This document shows, piece by piece, positions 1-11,600 of a DNA stretch of 64,000 nucleotides. The stretch is from Flavisolibacter sp. (GTDB lineage: Bacteria; Bacteroidota; Bacteroidia; Chitinophagales; Chitinophagaceae): contig JBJMLU010000130.1 in the NCBI GenBank assembly GCA_045805145.1, forward strand, positions 5,392 through 69,391, written 5' to 3'. The notes beneath the pieces were generated by a model. That model saw nothing but the letters and a program-made list of their open reading frames with translations. It was not told the DNA's origin and made no database searches. The position numbers were made by a program, and so were the translations under genes. Position 1 is the first letter of the stretch. The number at the start of each line of letters is the position of its first letter.

Positions 1-1902
1 CTGTAAAACATTTCCAGGGCACAAACTTGTATCTCGTCCAAGATCTAAGGCAGGAGGTGCATTCAATACGGCAATTTCAACAGAATCACTTAGCAAAGTA
101 CATCCGGCAACCGTTGCACTTATCTTACCCGACCATTCCTTGTTAAAGTGGAAGCTGAATGTTGAATCATTCACCTGTGTAACAGAATCAATTCCATCTT
201 CACTGTATGATAAAAACACAGTGCCACCGCACTCCTTGTTTTTATGGGCAATAAGTTCCAGGGCCTGTGTACTACAGATTTTCTGTGCACTTGCTTCCAG
301 TTTTATAGAATCGCAGTGAGATAACTGGCGACAGCCCGGCGTGTAGTTCAGAGCTTCACTGTATGCGTTCAGAAAGTTGCTCATTATCACAGAAAAATCA
401 TTTATTCCAATCGAGTCCAATTGCCAATGGATTTCCCTGAAATGATAATCTACCGTCGAAATGAAGTCTTCATCCCAACCAAGACAATCGGAAGCTGTGT
501 CTGAAATTTTCAGTTTTGTAATTTCTATCCGGCTCACACGTGTCGCACTATCAAGAAGCATCTGAGTAAAAAGGTCCGATCCTTTATTGGTTCTTACAGC
601 AAAGCTGCTGTATGGTCTTCCTTGCCCCGGATAAAACAGTTGTCTTTGCTTTAAAAGCACATCCTGCTTAAACTGGATCGAATGAATAGTAGCCGTGTTC
701 TCGCTTATGTACTGGTTGCCTACCATAATGCCCGATCCATCCGGAAATTGGGTAACACGGGAATCTAAAGAGCTGGTTTTATTCGTGAAGTAAAAACCAT
801 TGGTGAAGTTCAACCCCTCGTCAAATTCAACAAGACCATAATGATAGTAAATGCCGTTGTCGGGAATATCATTTCCCACCAAATAGCCGCCTAAGCTAAC
901 GTGGCCGTTGTTCATTTTTACAAGAGGGTCGGCACCGATGAAAGAGAGGTTCCGCGCAGGCGCATCCGATTCGGTAAAATATTTTGTTTGCAGTGTATCC
1001 CCATCTGTTTTTTTTATTCTAAACACGCTGACAATGCCATCATTACCTTGTTGGAAATGACCCCAAAGTTGAACCTCGTCCTGATGAATATCCACTCCAA
1101 AGGCGTGTTCACCAAAAGCCTGAAGGCCCGGCTTATAAAATTTGCTCCAATAAACGCTGCCATCGTTTGTATGTAAGCGGGTCAGAACAAACCCATATTC
1201 AAAACCTCCGCTAACATAAATATCGCCTGTCCATGGATCTTCCCTGATGTCTGTTATATCCCAACTTACATGAATACTACTACCATCGATTTTCTTCCAT
1301 TGCGGTGTTTCATAAGCCTGTGTCCAAGTAATGAAACCGTATGCGTTTATTTTTTCAAGTATGGGCTTCACATCTCCACTACCGTAGTCTATGATCCCTT
1401 TCAGTAAGGCCGAACCATCGCGCAGTTCAATAATCTGGTCGTAACTGATGTAATAGGCCGGATTTGAAGCATCATACCTTCTCGCCCAGAGCACAGTACC
1501 CTCATCGTTGCACTTCAGCACATAAGGTGATGTAATGTACTGGGGTGTCAGTTGTCGGTTATATGTTGCGGATATAAGTGTATTACCGTCTGCTGTACGG
1601 CAAATTGCATTTGCATAGAGGGACAAAGAGTCTTCCGTAAAGTAAAAATGTGCTGATGTATCCGGGCATGTTGTGGTTAACAAACGTGTGTCTACCGAGT
1701 GAAGATCTTTTGCATTTTTTATGATCGCCTGTTTAAACTCAAAAGGAATCGATTGAACAATATTTCTGCTGGTCAACTGATTATTATTGGAAGCTCCTTT
1801 GGTTGCATTGTTAGAAGGGACAACCTGTGCATCGCAGCAAAATGGTACCTGCAGCAGCAGCACCGACAAAATCTCAAAAAAACGATGGTTAGGGTGCCTC
1901 AA
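1..1902 (-). CDS. Large secreted protein, N-terminal part (runs off the window edge); paralogue of the T9SS type B protein at 8642-11950
   Basis: Translated by hand because it is absent from the ORF track. TTG at 1902 gives a signal peptide (MRHPNHRFFEILSVLLLQVPFCCDA-Q) and the frame appears open to base 1. Shares HCDSIKLEAS..HKNKECG and LDLGRDTSLCPGN motifs with 8642-11950. Confidence 0.75.
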   Translation of the reverse strand, partial: MRHPNHRFFEILSVLLLQVPFCCDAQVVPSNNATKGASNNNQLTSRNIVQSIPFEFKQAIIKNAKDLHSVDTRLLTTTCPDTSAHFYFTEDSLSLYANAICRTADGNTLISATYNRQLTPQYITSPYVLKCNDEGTVLWARRYDASNPAYYISYDQIIELRDGSALLKGIIDYGSGDVKPILEKINAYGFITWTQAYETPQWKKIDGSSIHVSWDITDIREDPWTGDIYVSGGFEYGFVLTRLHTNDGSVYWSKFYKPGLQAFGEHAFGVDIHQDEVQLWGHFQQGNDGIVSVFRIKKTDGDTLQTKYFTESDAPARNLSFIGADPLVKMNNGHVSLGGYLVGNDIPDNGIYYHYGLVEFDEGLNFTNGFYFTNKTSSLDSRVTQFPDGSGIMVGNQYISENTATIHSIQFKQDVLLKQRQLFYPGQGRPYSSFAVRTNKGSDLFTQMLLDSATRVSRIEITKLKISDTASDCLGWDEDFISTVDYHFREIHWQLDSIGINDFSVIMSNFLNAYSEALNYTPGCRQLSHCDSIKLEASAQKICSTQALELIAHKNKECGGTVFLSYSEDGIDSVTQVNDSTFSFHFNKEWSGKISATVAGCTLLSDSVEIAVLNAPPALDLGRDTSLCPGNVLQ

Positions 1903-2406
1903 GGCAATTCGTTTTACAAACCTGGAAAAGCAAAGATAATTCCGGCAAACCTGTTATGCAAGCGAACAGGAACAAGTCCAATCGAAGAACCTTTACTAAA
2001 AAACATATCAGTTTCTTTCAAATTCCAGACAGGTTGGATTCGATAGTGAGTCAATCAGGCTTTGTTTACAGGTGGATACCGAAATCCCGGGAGCAGACAG
2101 ATCCAACCCGGTCAATGCTTGCTAAAGAATAGACGGATCCAAATCCTTGATTTATTCTTATCCAAAAATCATTTTTATTGAACCAAATATTTTTTCTTCC
2201 CACCAGATATTGATTCAACCACACCATCTATGAACCGGCACTGATCATCCGCATTTTTACGCAGTAGCTTAGAAGTTTCACAGCAATTGCAGTCTACTCC
2301 ATGAAGGCCGCATCGTCACTCAGAATTAAAAAACGTTTTCGATGCGATACCGTCTTTGCATCAATTGCTTACTGAAAGTTCTATTAAACTCAAAAATGAA
2401 CAGAAT

Positions 2407-3189
2407 ATGAAAAAAACATTTATTCTTTTGATCACCGTGTTTTCGCTTGTATACGGTTGTAAAAAAGACACCAAACTTGTGACGCGTGTTTTTCCAAAAC
2501 AACAATGGATCGGTGGTTTAAGCAGCATTTTTACTGGCATGAAACTGCACCTCAATAACTACACCCCTATAAAACACAATTATGAACAGGATGATAATTA
2601 TGCTTACGATAATCCGAACTCCAGCTCCTTATCCATTCCATCTTTAGGCATTGTTCCCTGGGCCTTTGACGTGCCGGTTACCCGCAATAATCCCTATTCC
2701 ATTTATCTGAATGATATAAACTCCACGCGGTTTACAACGGATGCTCACGACGGCTATGCCTACATCACCATTAACTTTGAAAGCGATGGCACTGAAATTA
2801 TCGGCGATTGCGTCAATAATATTATTTGCGTCTGCGGTTCACCGAAAATGGACCTTGGCAATATCGTAACGTCCATACCCCTAGCCTTTGTGCCTAAAGA
2901 TGGCGCGGCCAGTGTGGGTTCTGGCGATGTCTCCTTCTCTAGTGATGTTGCAGAAACCGGACCCTGTGTCAATAATGCCTGCGCATTTTTTTGCGAGATT
3001 TTCGCGCCCAACCGGAATACCGATATGCAGAAAGCCATCCAAAATTATATAGGAGATTTTATCGATCAAAATAGTGGACTGATCTCAACACCGTTTACTC
3101 AATATCTGAAAACACTGGGCGTGAGTGGCGCCATAGTAGCTATCCAGATAAAACCTAACGGTGACCTGATGGTGGAAGACAAGGAGTAG
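2407..3189 (+). CDS. Hypothetical lipoprotein, Cys-rich
   Basis: ATG at 2407 gives MKKTFILLITVFSLVYG-C, a lipobox-type signal. Two CVNNxxC motifs. Confidence 0.75.
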   Translation: MKKTFILLITVFSLVYGCKKDTKLVTRVFPKQQWIGGLSSIFTGMKLHLNNYTPIKHNYEQDDNYAYDNPNSSSLSIPSLGIVPWAFDVPVTRNNPYSIYLNDINSTRFTTDAHDGYAYITINFESDGTEIIGDCVNNIICVCGSPKMDLGNIVTSIPLAFVPKDGAASVGSGDVSFSSDVAETGPCVNNACAFFCEIFAPNRNTDMQKAIQNYIGDFIDQNSGLISTPFTQYLKTLGVSGAIVAIQIKPNGDLMVEDKE

Positions 3190-3702
3190 AAACTGTTACA
3201 ATCTTTGATAACAAAGCCCTTGTTGTATTTTTCTGCTGCCATGAATAAAATGACATTGACCCACCGTAGACGTCCAGGGAGTCGGACTCACTATTTAAGC
3301 GATGAAGATTTGACCCGGATCGACAACACAATCACTCATTAAAAATGAACTCAGGCCGTCCCTGTCCTATCAGTAATCTGATTCCTTCAACCTTCAATGA
3401 CTCAGGGGAAACAACCCGAATTTCATTGAAGCTGTTTGACAAACCGAACCAACTGGTTTGACGAGTTGTTGATTCATTCCATTTGACAAGCTATAGGTCA
3501 GTCAATCCAATTTTCATAATTCCAATGATTTGGTGCAACAAATATGTTTTCAATCTGGCGAATGGCTTATGTTGACCTCTACGCGTTGAATTTGGTTGTT
3601 GATTTTGGCTAAACACCACATAGGCTGCAGTTGCCACGATACAAATGGGATACATACTCATGCATTTTCTTTTGGCTTCACCTTTGTTGTATCAAGCCAA
3701 AT

Positions 3703-4197
3703 ATGGCTTCACCGTTTGAACTTGAAAAAATAGAACACCCCCTTGAACTTGAAGAAGACATACCTCTTCAATCAAAAGCATGGAGGCTGCGTAGAATAGC
3801 CTGGTGTATGTTGTTTGCATTCGTCATTGCAGCTGCTGTCGGCTTTTTTGGAACGGGAACCATCAGCCATAAAAAAATTACAACCGGCACCGATACGCTG
3901 CAATACGAACATTTTTTGCGCAACGAAGCTCAAACTGAAATCAAAATTCAAACGCAACCCGCTGCCGTGACCAGTGTGAGCATTCCTCTTCAGTATATGA
4001 AGCATTTTCAACTGGAAAAGGTTTTCCCCGAAACAAATCAGGTATTTGAAGCAAATGGAATGATCAATTACCTGTTCACTGCAAAAGGTAACTATCATAT
4101 TGGTTTTTATCTGCTGCCACAAACTGTTGGGGACGTTAACGGCGAAATAATCATCAACAATAAACTCTATTCTTTTTCCCAATTTATATATCCATAA
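3703..4197 (+). CDS. Hypothetical single-pass membrane protein, operonic with the DUF421 gene
   Basis: ORF 3631-4197, likely start MASPFELEK. One hydrophobic helix. Stop is 1 nt before the next ATG. Confidence 0.7.
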   Translation: MASPFELEKIEHPLELEEDIPLQSKAWRLRRIAWCMLFAFVIAAAVGFFGTGTISHKKITTGTDTLQYEHFLRNEAQTEIKIQTQPAAVTSVSIPLQYMKHFQLEKVFPETNQVFEANGMINYLFTAKGNYHIGFYLLPQTVGDVNGEIIINNKLYSFSQFIYP

Positions 4198-4198
4198 T

Positions 4199-4645
4199 AT
4201 GAACCCTGTTCTTAAGGCCATGGCGATTTATGTGTTTGTTTTATTGATGTTGCGCATTGTAGGTAAAAAAACGGTGGGCGAAACCACCACCTTTGATTTT
4301 ATTTTGCTGCTGATCATTGCAGAAGTAACCGAACATGCAATGGTGGGCGAAGACACCTCAGTCATAAATTGTTTTATTTTAATTGCCACGCTGGTGTGTA
4401 TGAATCTTTTGCTGACCCTGGTAAAAAACCGCTGGAAGTTTTTTGAAGATCTTACCGAGAGCGTGCCGCTGATCATTGTTCAAAATGGCAAGCTCTTAGA
4501 AAGACGGATGAAATATGCAAATATTGGTAAAGACGATATATTGGAAGCGGCACGTAAAAAACATAGCCTCGGCAAACTGGAAGAAATTGAATATGCCGTT
4601 CTTGAAAAAGATGGAAGCATATCAATCATTCCGCAAAAAACTTAG
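4199..4645 (+). CDS. DUF421 (YetF-like) membrane protein
   Basis: Three TM segments, TFDFILLLIIAE, then PLIIVQNGKLL and IEYAVLEKDGSISIIP, typical of the family. Confidence 0.9.
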   Translation: MNPVLKAMAIYVFVLLMLRIVGKKTVGETTTFDFILLLIIAEVTEHAMVGEDTSVINCFILIATLVCMNLLLTLVKNRWKFFEDLTESVPLIIVQNGKLLERRMKYANIGKDDILEAARKKHSLGKLEEIEYAVLEKDGSISIIPQKT

Positions 4646-4682
4646 TTGAACGATCGCTCAGGCTGGCGGTAAAACCTGTCTT

Positions 4683-7043
4683 TCACAACTCCACCTTGTT
4701 TGCCCTGCCTTTCAACATAATTTCATCTGTGGTAGCGACGAATCGTTTACCATTCAGCAGGTAGCTCTTGCCCGCAAGACCTTTAATGTGTAAAGTATAT
4801 TTCCAACCGGATGCAACAGAAGTTAAGGAATAACTGGTCGTACCTCCATTTTTTAGAAGCACAAATGAAATGGTGTTGTTGCCTATGGGCAGATCATATA
4901 TTGCTCCGTGGTCCCAACCGGTTGGGAGATGAGGTGAGATCACAATGGACTTATTGAACGCATCCGGATGAATCCCAAAGAAACGGGTGACCAGCGGAGT
5001 AGCCAATCCATAAATTGTCCAGGCCTGAACAGGACAACCATAATCGGGCATCATTTCAGAAATAGAACCCGGCAGGACCCTGCCGAACGTCTGCACAATC
5101 TTATCTACATACCACTTGGCCTGGTCTATACGATCGTAAGCACATTCGGCCATGGCCTGCACACCAGTGGAAATGGTCATCATATAACGCCGCTCCACAG
5201 CCGAAAGCCAGGGACCGTATTCACCACAATCTTCTTTGCGCACTTTGTTCAGCAAGCGAATGGCTTTGTCCCTGGGCGCTATACCTGTTTCTGCCGGTGT
5301 GCTGATGACCCAGTTTTTATTGGTAAACCATCCTCTTTCTGTTTCAGGAGGAAGAGCAGAGAATTGCCCGATCAGTTTCTCATAAAACTTCTTCTTGTCC
5401 AACAGGAGTCCGGAATCCTTTGCATCAGTCGCACCCACATACAATTGTTCCAGGGCTCCTTTGACGACAGACAAGGCCTGCTCCCGGCTTCCATAAAAAT
5501 CGCAATAGCTTCCTTCCGCCTCATCCCAAAATTGTTCATTGATCTTTTTCTGCAGGACCGATGCTTTTTGATGATAGTCCTGTTCCAATTCTTTCTCTCC
5601 AAATATTGCCGCCATCTTCGCTGTTACTTCCAGGTCCTGCTGCGTGTATACCGCCACATCAATCAGTTCGGCACTGAGTCCTTTTACTTCCATGATCCCA
5701 TAACCTTCGGGAAAGAAGTTTTTGTTTTGATCCTGTTTGGTCAGCAGCCAGTTGATGCCCTTGCGGATGTAGGGATACATTTCGCGGAGAAAGCTTGTAT
5801 CGCCTGTCCACTCGAATACCTTCCAAACCGCCAGAGCAAAATGTGGCGTCTCCTGGGCATTTCCTTTGTTGTACACGAATCCGTTCGAAGACATTTCATG
5901 AATGATGCGTCCATTCCCATTGGCTTTTTCAGAAACCTTTTTAAGGAGCCGGAGCGTGGACTTCGCCAGTTCCGGATCGCCCGATGCCACTACACCCTGT
6001 AAGGCATAGGAATTATCACAACCAAAAAGCCAGGGATATTCTATGGCCCCTGCGCCCAGAAAGCGGCCCAATCCGGGAAGCTCACTCACCAGCCATTCGG
6101 TATTCAGTTTCCCCCAGGTATAAGCCTGTTGCAGGTCCTTGTCTGGAATATCAACCCTTGCACGATGGATGATGGCTGCGTAATGTTCTTTTTTCCTGTT
6201 CAATAATTGCCTGTAGTTCTTTAAAATGTTTTCATAATTGGCGTGTGCCGTTGAAAAATCTTTATTGGAGCCAGTGATGACAAATACTGCGGTCAGCGTT
6301 TGTTGTGGCTCGATTGTCAACCGATAACTAATGGATGCGGTTTGGCCCATCCCCATGGTTTCAATAGGAGCCATGGCCTTTGTGTGATGATGGACCGCGG
6401 GTAAGGGCGATCCCAGTAAGGTGAACCAGGGATGACGTGTATCTTTTGCCACCAACATGTTTTTATCTCTCATCCAATAAACGGTATCTACAGCGTCGAT
6501 GATGTTATTTTCTTTGGAGAACCATACGGGGCTGAGATCTGATTTGATCACAAACTCTAATTGCAGCACACGCAACCGTGCAGTTGTATTTTTCAGTTGG
6601 TATTGAACCACCATGCCCTCCTTGCCCTGCGGACAAAACTGAAATCGCTGCGCTTCAATGCCGTCTAACACCGGCGCATACCTGAATCGATTACCATAGG
6701 GATAGTTGGTGAATTCACGGGCATCCTTCAACCAGGCTTCTGAGGTTCCGTCCGCATCGGTAAGCTTTAGCCAAAAGCCATCCATTAGTTTGAGGGGAGG
6801 CATCCACAATCCGCCCATTTCTCCTGGTACATGCCCACCCAGGTCAGGAAAATTTCCATCTTGTGTTCCCACCATATAAGTTCTGTCACCTGCGGTGAGA
6901 TAGGGCTTATTCCTGTTCTGTCCTTTGTTGGAAATACCAGCCATGATTTGATTCACGTACGTTTCACTGCTTTGCGCAAAGGCCTGCTGCAGCTGTAGCA
7001 GGAACGCAAGGATCATGATACCGATTTTGCCATCTGTTGCCAT
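4683..7043 (-). CDS. Secreted (alpha/alpha)6-barrel glycoside hydrolase (amylo-alpha-1,6-glucosidase / GH63-like)
   Basis: Signal peptide ending AFA-Q. YPWLFGCDNSY, GRIIHE and GSISEMMPDYG..QAW motifs. Exact GH family uncertain. Confidence 0.72.
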   Translation of the reverse strand: MATDGKIGIMILAFLLQLQQAFAQSSETYVNQIMAGISNKGQNRNKPYLTAGDRTYMVGTQDGNFPDLGGHVPGEMGGLWMPPLKLMDGFWLKLTDADGTSEAWLKDAREFTNYPYGNRFRYAPVLDGIEAQRFQFCPQGKEGMVVQYQLKNTTARLRVLQLEFVIKSDLSPVWFSKENNIIDAVDTVYWMRDKNMLVAKDTRHPWFTLLGSPLPAVHHHTKAMAPIETMGMGQTASISYRLTIEPQQTLTAVFVITGSNKDFSTAHANYENILKNYRQLLNRKKEHYAAIIHRARVDIPDKDLQQAYTWGKLNTEWLVSELPGLGRFLGAGAIEYPWLFGCDNSYALQGVVASGDPELAKSTLRLLKKVSEKANGNGRIIHEMSSNGFVYNKGNAQETPHFALAVWKVFEWTGDTSFLREMYPYIRKGINWLLTKQDQNKNFFPEGYGIMEVKGLSAELIDVAVYTQQDLEVTAKMAAIFGEKELEQDYHQKASVLQKKINEQFWDEAEGSYCDFYGSREQALSVVKGALEQLYVGATDAKDSGLLLDKKKFYEKLIGQFSALPPETERGWFTNKNWVISTPAETGIAPRDKAIRLLNKVRKEDCGEYGPWLSAVERRYMMTISTGVQAMAECAYDRIDQAKWYVDKIVQTFGRVLPGSISEMMPDYGCPVQAWTIYGLATPLVTRFFGIHPDAFNKSIVISPHLPTGWDHGAIYDLPIGNNTISFVLLKNGGTTSYSLTSVASGWKYTLHIKGLAGKSYLLNGKRFVATTDEIMLKGRANKVEL

Positions 7044-7246
7044 GTATCATTAAAGATACGGCTGGCCGTAGTGATGTTGTGGAATGCTCACCAGTGAAAG
7101 ATGGTATCCTGGTAAGGAAATTCGTCCATACACAAAACCTTCTGCCAGCTAACCTGCTTCTTCATCCATTGAAAGAATAGTTCGGCTGGAAGCATTTGGT
7201 TGATGTAAATTATAAGCACAAAAATTCATTGACCAAATCAGCCATT

Positions 7247-8320
7247 ATGAGAAAATATTTTGCAATGGGCATTGCCCTTGTGACAGGTCTGGCCACAATT
7301 GCCCAACCCATTACTACACCAAGAACACCAAGTCCTGCCGCTTCCATATCGCAAACCATTGGCATATCACAGGTAACGGTCAGCTATTCGAGGCCTTCGG
7401 TAAAAGGGCGTGAGATCTGGGGCAAGCTGGTACCTTATGGATGGAACGCGCAAAATTTTGGTAACGGAAATCCAGCTCCCTGGAGAGCCGGCGCCAATGA
7501 AAATACCACCATTAGATTCTCAAATGATGCCACCGTGGAAGGGAAACCCGTGCCCGCGGGCGAGTACGGACTGTTCTTCGTGGTCAATGAAGACAATACC
7601 GCCGACCTGATTCTCTCCAGGGATCACCGCTCCTGGGGCAGCTTTTTTTATAACCCCGACCAGGATTTGTTGAGAGCTAAAATACAACTGCGTGAAAATT
7701 CATTTACCGAAATGCTTACGTACGATTTTATCAACAGCACCAGGACTTCATCGGAGCTGGTGTTGAACTGGGAGAAAAAACAATTTCCGGTAAAGATTGC
7801 ATTTGACGTAGACAAAATTGTATTGGCCAATGCAGCAGAAGAATTGAAGAATACCACCGGGTTCAACGCGCAGGGATTCATCAGTGCCGCCAATTATGCG
7901 GTGCAAAACAAAACCGATTATGAACAGGCCTTAAAATGGATTGACCAGGCCATTGCCATGAACAAGACCTTTGCAGCCTTGAATGTAAAATCAACGATTC
8001 TACGGGAGATGAACAAGACCACAGAAGCAGACAAGACGATGGCCGAAGCCATAGCCCTGTCCAGTGAAACGGAGTTGAACCAATACGGTTACCAGTTGTT
8101 GGGCAGCGGGCAAACCGATAAAGCCATAGAAATACTGGCAATGAATGCAAAGCGCTTTCCAAACAGCGCCAACTGTTTTGATAGTCTGGGTGAGGCTTAT
8201 GCAAAGAAGGGCGATAAAAAAAATGCCATTGCCAATTTCAAAAAATCGTTGAGCATGAACCCTCCAGAAAATGTAAAGGCCAACTCAGAAAAGTTTTTGA
8301 AGGACCTGGGTGCCTTGTAA
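7247..8320 (+). CDS. DUF2911 domain protein with C-terminal TPR
   Basis: PRTPSPAASISQTIG..YSRPSVKGREIWGKLVPYG..PWRAGANENT signature. C-terminal NCFDSLGEAYAKKGDKKNAIANFKKSL TPR. Start moved to MRKYF. Confidence 0.88.
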   Translation: MRKYFAMGIALVTGLATIAQPITTPRTPSPAASISQTIGISQVTVSYSRPSVKGREIWGKLVPYGWNAQNFGNGNPAPWRAGANENTTIRFSNDATVEGKPVPAGEYGLFFVVNEDNTADLILSRDHRSWGSFFYNPDQDLLRAKIQLRENSFTEMLTYDFINSTRTSSELVLNWEKKQFPVKIAFDVDKIVLANAAEELKNTTGFNAQGFISAANYAVQNKTDYEQALKWIDQAIAMNKTFAALNVKSTILREMNKTTEADKTMAEAIALSSETELNQYGYQLLGSGQTDKAIEILAMNAKRFPNSANCFDSLGEAYAKKGDKKNAIANFKKSLSMNPPENVKANSEKFLKDLGAL

Positions 8321-8641
8321 AAAGAATTTTTGAGATAGCGTGCTAAGAAAGAAATATTTCTGATACTGGCGGGAAAGTACTTGACGTATTAACAAGCGCA
8401 GCATTCGCCAGTCATCTACAGACGCGTGAATTTTTAATTAAGAGAAAAAATCTAACCAACAACTATAAATTTATTCATGACGCTGAATGCATGCGCAATC
8501 CAAATGGCATCGCGATGACATCAATTTAGCCCCTGATCTGTACTTCAAACAAGATAGAAGGTCGATTGACAAATCAAATCCTCAAATCATACCACTATCG
8601 CAGACATTCAATAAACTTCCATTATTTCCTGGACAAGATCT

Positions 8642-11600
8642 TTACCGTATCAACATTACTGTACCCCTTTCTGTTTTCAATTCTCCACCTTCCAATTGAA
8701 AACTACACAACCATATATACACATTGGAATCCTGCGTTATGCCCGATATGGTTCCATCCCATCCTCTTTGCAACTCCGTCGTTTCAAATATTTGCCTTCC
8801 CCAACGATTATAGATGCTGAAGCGATATTTGACCACACGACCAAAAAGAAGTGGCAGGAACACGTCGTTTTTATTGTCATGATTGGGCGTAAAAGCTGAT
8901 GGAATATAAAAGCCCTGCATGCAATCTTTGGGAGTTACAAGCAAACTGTCTTTACCCACGCAGCCCTTCGCGTCTGTTACCTGCAGCCAATATAGTCCCG
9001 GCTGAGAAATGGTGATGGCAGAAGCAACGCCTCCCGTGTTCCATTGATAGCTATTGAAAGGCCGCAGCGATGAAACGGTGAGCTTGTCGTAAGAACACAA
9101 TAAAGTATCAGCAGGAAGAAAATCAGATGGGACCGGAAGCACGGTGGTAATTTTCGTTGAGTCCTTTCCTTTGCAACCATGCGTGTCCGTTACTTCCACT
9201 GTATAGCTGCCCGTATCTTTTACGGTGATCTTCTGCCCTGTACTGCCATCGCTCCAGAGGTAAGAAGTATACATGCCCGCATCCAGAATGCGCGAGGTTC
9301 CTGCACAAAGCGCCTGGTCATGGTTTAACGAAACAACCGGGTTGGAAAAAACATTGACGACTCTTACCGTATCATAACTTTTACAACCCTGCGCGGTCAC
9401 TCCTATTATGGAATAGGTCCCCGTTGTCTTCACCACTAATGTTGAAGAATTGTTTCCATTGCTCCAACTGTACTGACTAAAACCTCCGCCTGGATTCAAT
9501 ACCGCACTGTCGCCACTGCAAAAACTTTTGTCTGCACCGAGATCAATGGGCGGTGAAGTATTTACATGGACCCTCACTGTATCATAGGCAAAACAACCCG
9601 GAGTTTTTTCGGCTTTAATGTAATAAACCGTATCGGTCAGAGGATTGACCACAATGTTTGCAGCAGTGGTCGAACTGATATTGTAATTATTGGTCCAGGT
9701 GTAATTTAAAAATCCCGAAGGCGCGTCTAAATGCACGGTATCCCGGTTGCATTTGCTGCGGTCGGGCCCTGCACTGAATGGAATGGGAGCATGTGCCATT
9801 ATGGAAACCGTATCGTGGTACACACCGCCACAACTATTTACTGCGGTCAGATAATAAACTCCAGGTGTCGTAACCGTATAACTTGAATCTGTTGACCCAT
9901 CCTGCCACTGGTAAGAAGCAAAACCTTTGCCCGCACGAAGCACCAGGCTGTTGCCTGGACAAATCACTGTGTCCTTTCCCAGGTCCAGCGAATTACGGAC
10001 CGGCAATACTTCTATCAATACCGAATCTTCTCTTAGTCTGCAACCCAGCAGACTGGCATGAATCCATTTTTTTCCAGCCTGGTCTATCTGGAATAAATAA
10101 CTGCTGTCACTGGTTTGTGTTACACTACGCACCCAGGTGGTATCATACACCAATGGCACCAGGCTGCCGCATTCCTTATTCTTATGAATGGATAGGGTAA
10201 CACCTGTTCCAGGACAAACAACGGCAGCACTGGCTTGCAGAGATAGGGTATCGCAATGAGAGATCACCTGGCATGCCGGATCAATCCTTGTCGTGAAATC
10301 GTGCGCCACAAAGCTTTTCGGGCGGCTCTCGCTCATTACATTTTTCTGGATGGAGTAAACACGGAGGTTGTAATTGGGTTCAAAATTGAAATACCAGATG
10401 GACGTAGAAGAATCTTTCACGCCCAGGCAAAGAGAAGCGGTATCAGAAGTATGCATCCGGTAATAATCAATACGGGCCCCGTCCAGTGCTGTTTTCGTGC
10501 TGTCGCCCATGGTCTTGATATTCAAAAACCCACCATCGGGCATTCGAAGATTGTTCGGCTCATTGGGTATGCCCTCATTGATATGAATGCGCTTGCGCTG
10601 GTGATAGATCTGGTCATTTTTAAAGAGGCTGATATAGGCATCGGCATTGTATCCCGAGAAAAAATGCAGCATGGTGAAAACTCCGGTTCCATCAGGGAAA
10701 AGACTGATTCTTGTATTGTATGAATTACCTTCATGGCGGTTTTTAAATCCGTATGCTTTTACAAAATTTAAATGCTCGTCCAGTTCAATGATACCGGCGT
10801 GATAGAGGTCTTTGGTACCGGTAAAAGCGGGGAACTCAAAACTTCCAGTGGTGGGACCGCTCATAAGATAATGTCCATTGTCTTGTTGCACTACCTGGAA
10901 GGTACCGTATAAGCGTGCTGCATAGCGGTCGCATGTTTGTACAATTGATTTTGTAAACGTAGTATCACCATCGGTTTTACGAACGCCATAGACATCGATA
11001 TAAGAATCGTTGTAATATCCATTTCCCAATAAAAACAATAAAACGTTGCCGCCATTAAATTCAATTCCAAAAGGATAATGACTATCGTAGCCCTCATAAC
11101 CCTGGCTCCAGAAGATGTGACCATCCAGGGGATCAATTTTTGTCAGCGTCGGGGGACCAGACCAGTGAGAACCGAGAAAATAGATCTCGCCGGTTGTAGG
11201 ATCTTCTTTTAGTGCTGCCAGATCAAAATAATCACCACTTCCATGGTATCCCTGCCAATACCTCGAAGCATAGGTCTTTAACCAGATGATATTCCCCTGA
11301 GCATCTGTTTTCATCAGCGCCAGGTCTTCATTACCCGAAATATCATTTTCGGTACGTCCGGCTAATAGGATGTTTCCGTCGTGCAATTCAAGGGACTCAA
11401 AAAAATTCATGAAATCAAAATCTTTATGCCCGCTGCTGTCGTATAATTTGCTCCAGATCACATTGCCCTCATCATCCGTTTTCATACACAAACCCCCGGA
11501 TATCAGCGGCGTTTTTGAATAATCGGCATATTCTCCAGATAGGATCACATGACCATCAGCGGTACGCGTCGGATCCCCCGTCCAGATGTTCACCGAATCC

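Noticed and set aside
1790-1830. Apparent frameshift between the signal peptide and mature part of the first gene
   Set aside because: Re-reading the bases (ACC AAA GGA GCT) shows one continuous frame from TTG 1902.
901-2046. Plus-strand ORFs 901-1176 and 1699-2046
   Set aside because: Antisense shadows of the long minus-strand gene 1-1902, with no recognisable motifs.
3435-3490. Three TTTGAC hexamers spaced about 22-25 nt apart
   Set aside because: Too short and irregular to separate from chance in AT-rich DNA.
4968-6002. 344-aa plus-strand ORF
   Set aside because: Lies entirely antisense to the glycoside hydrolase and has no motif.
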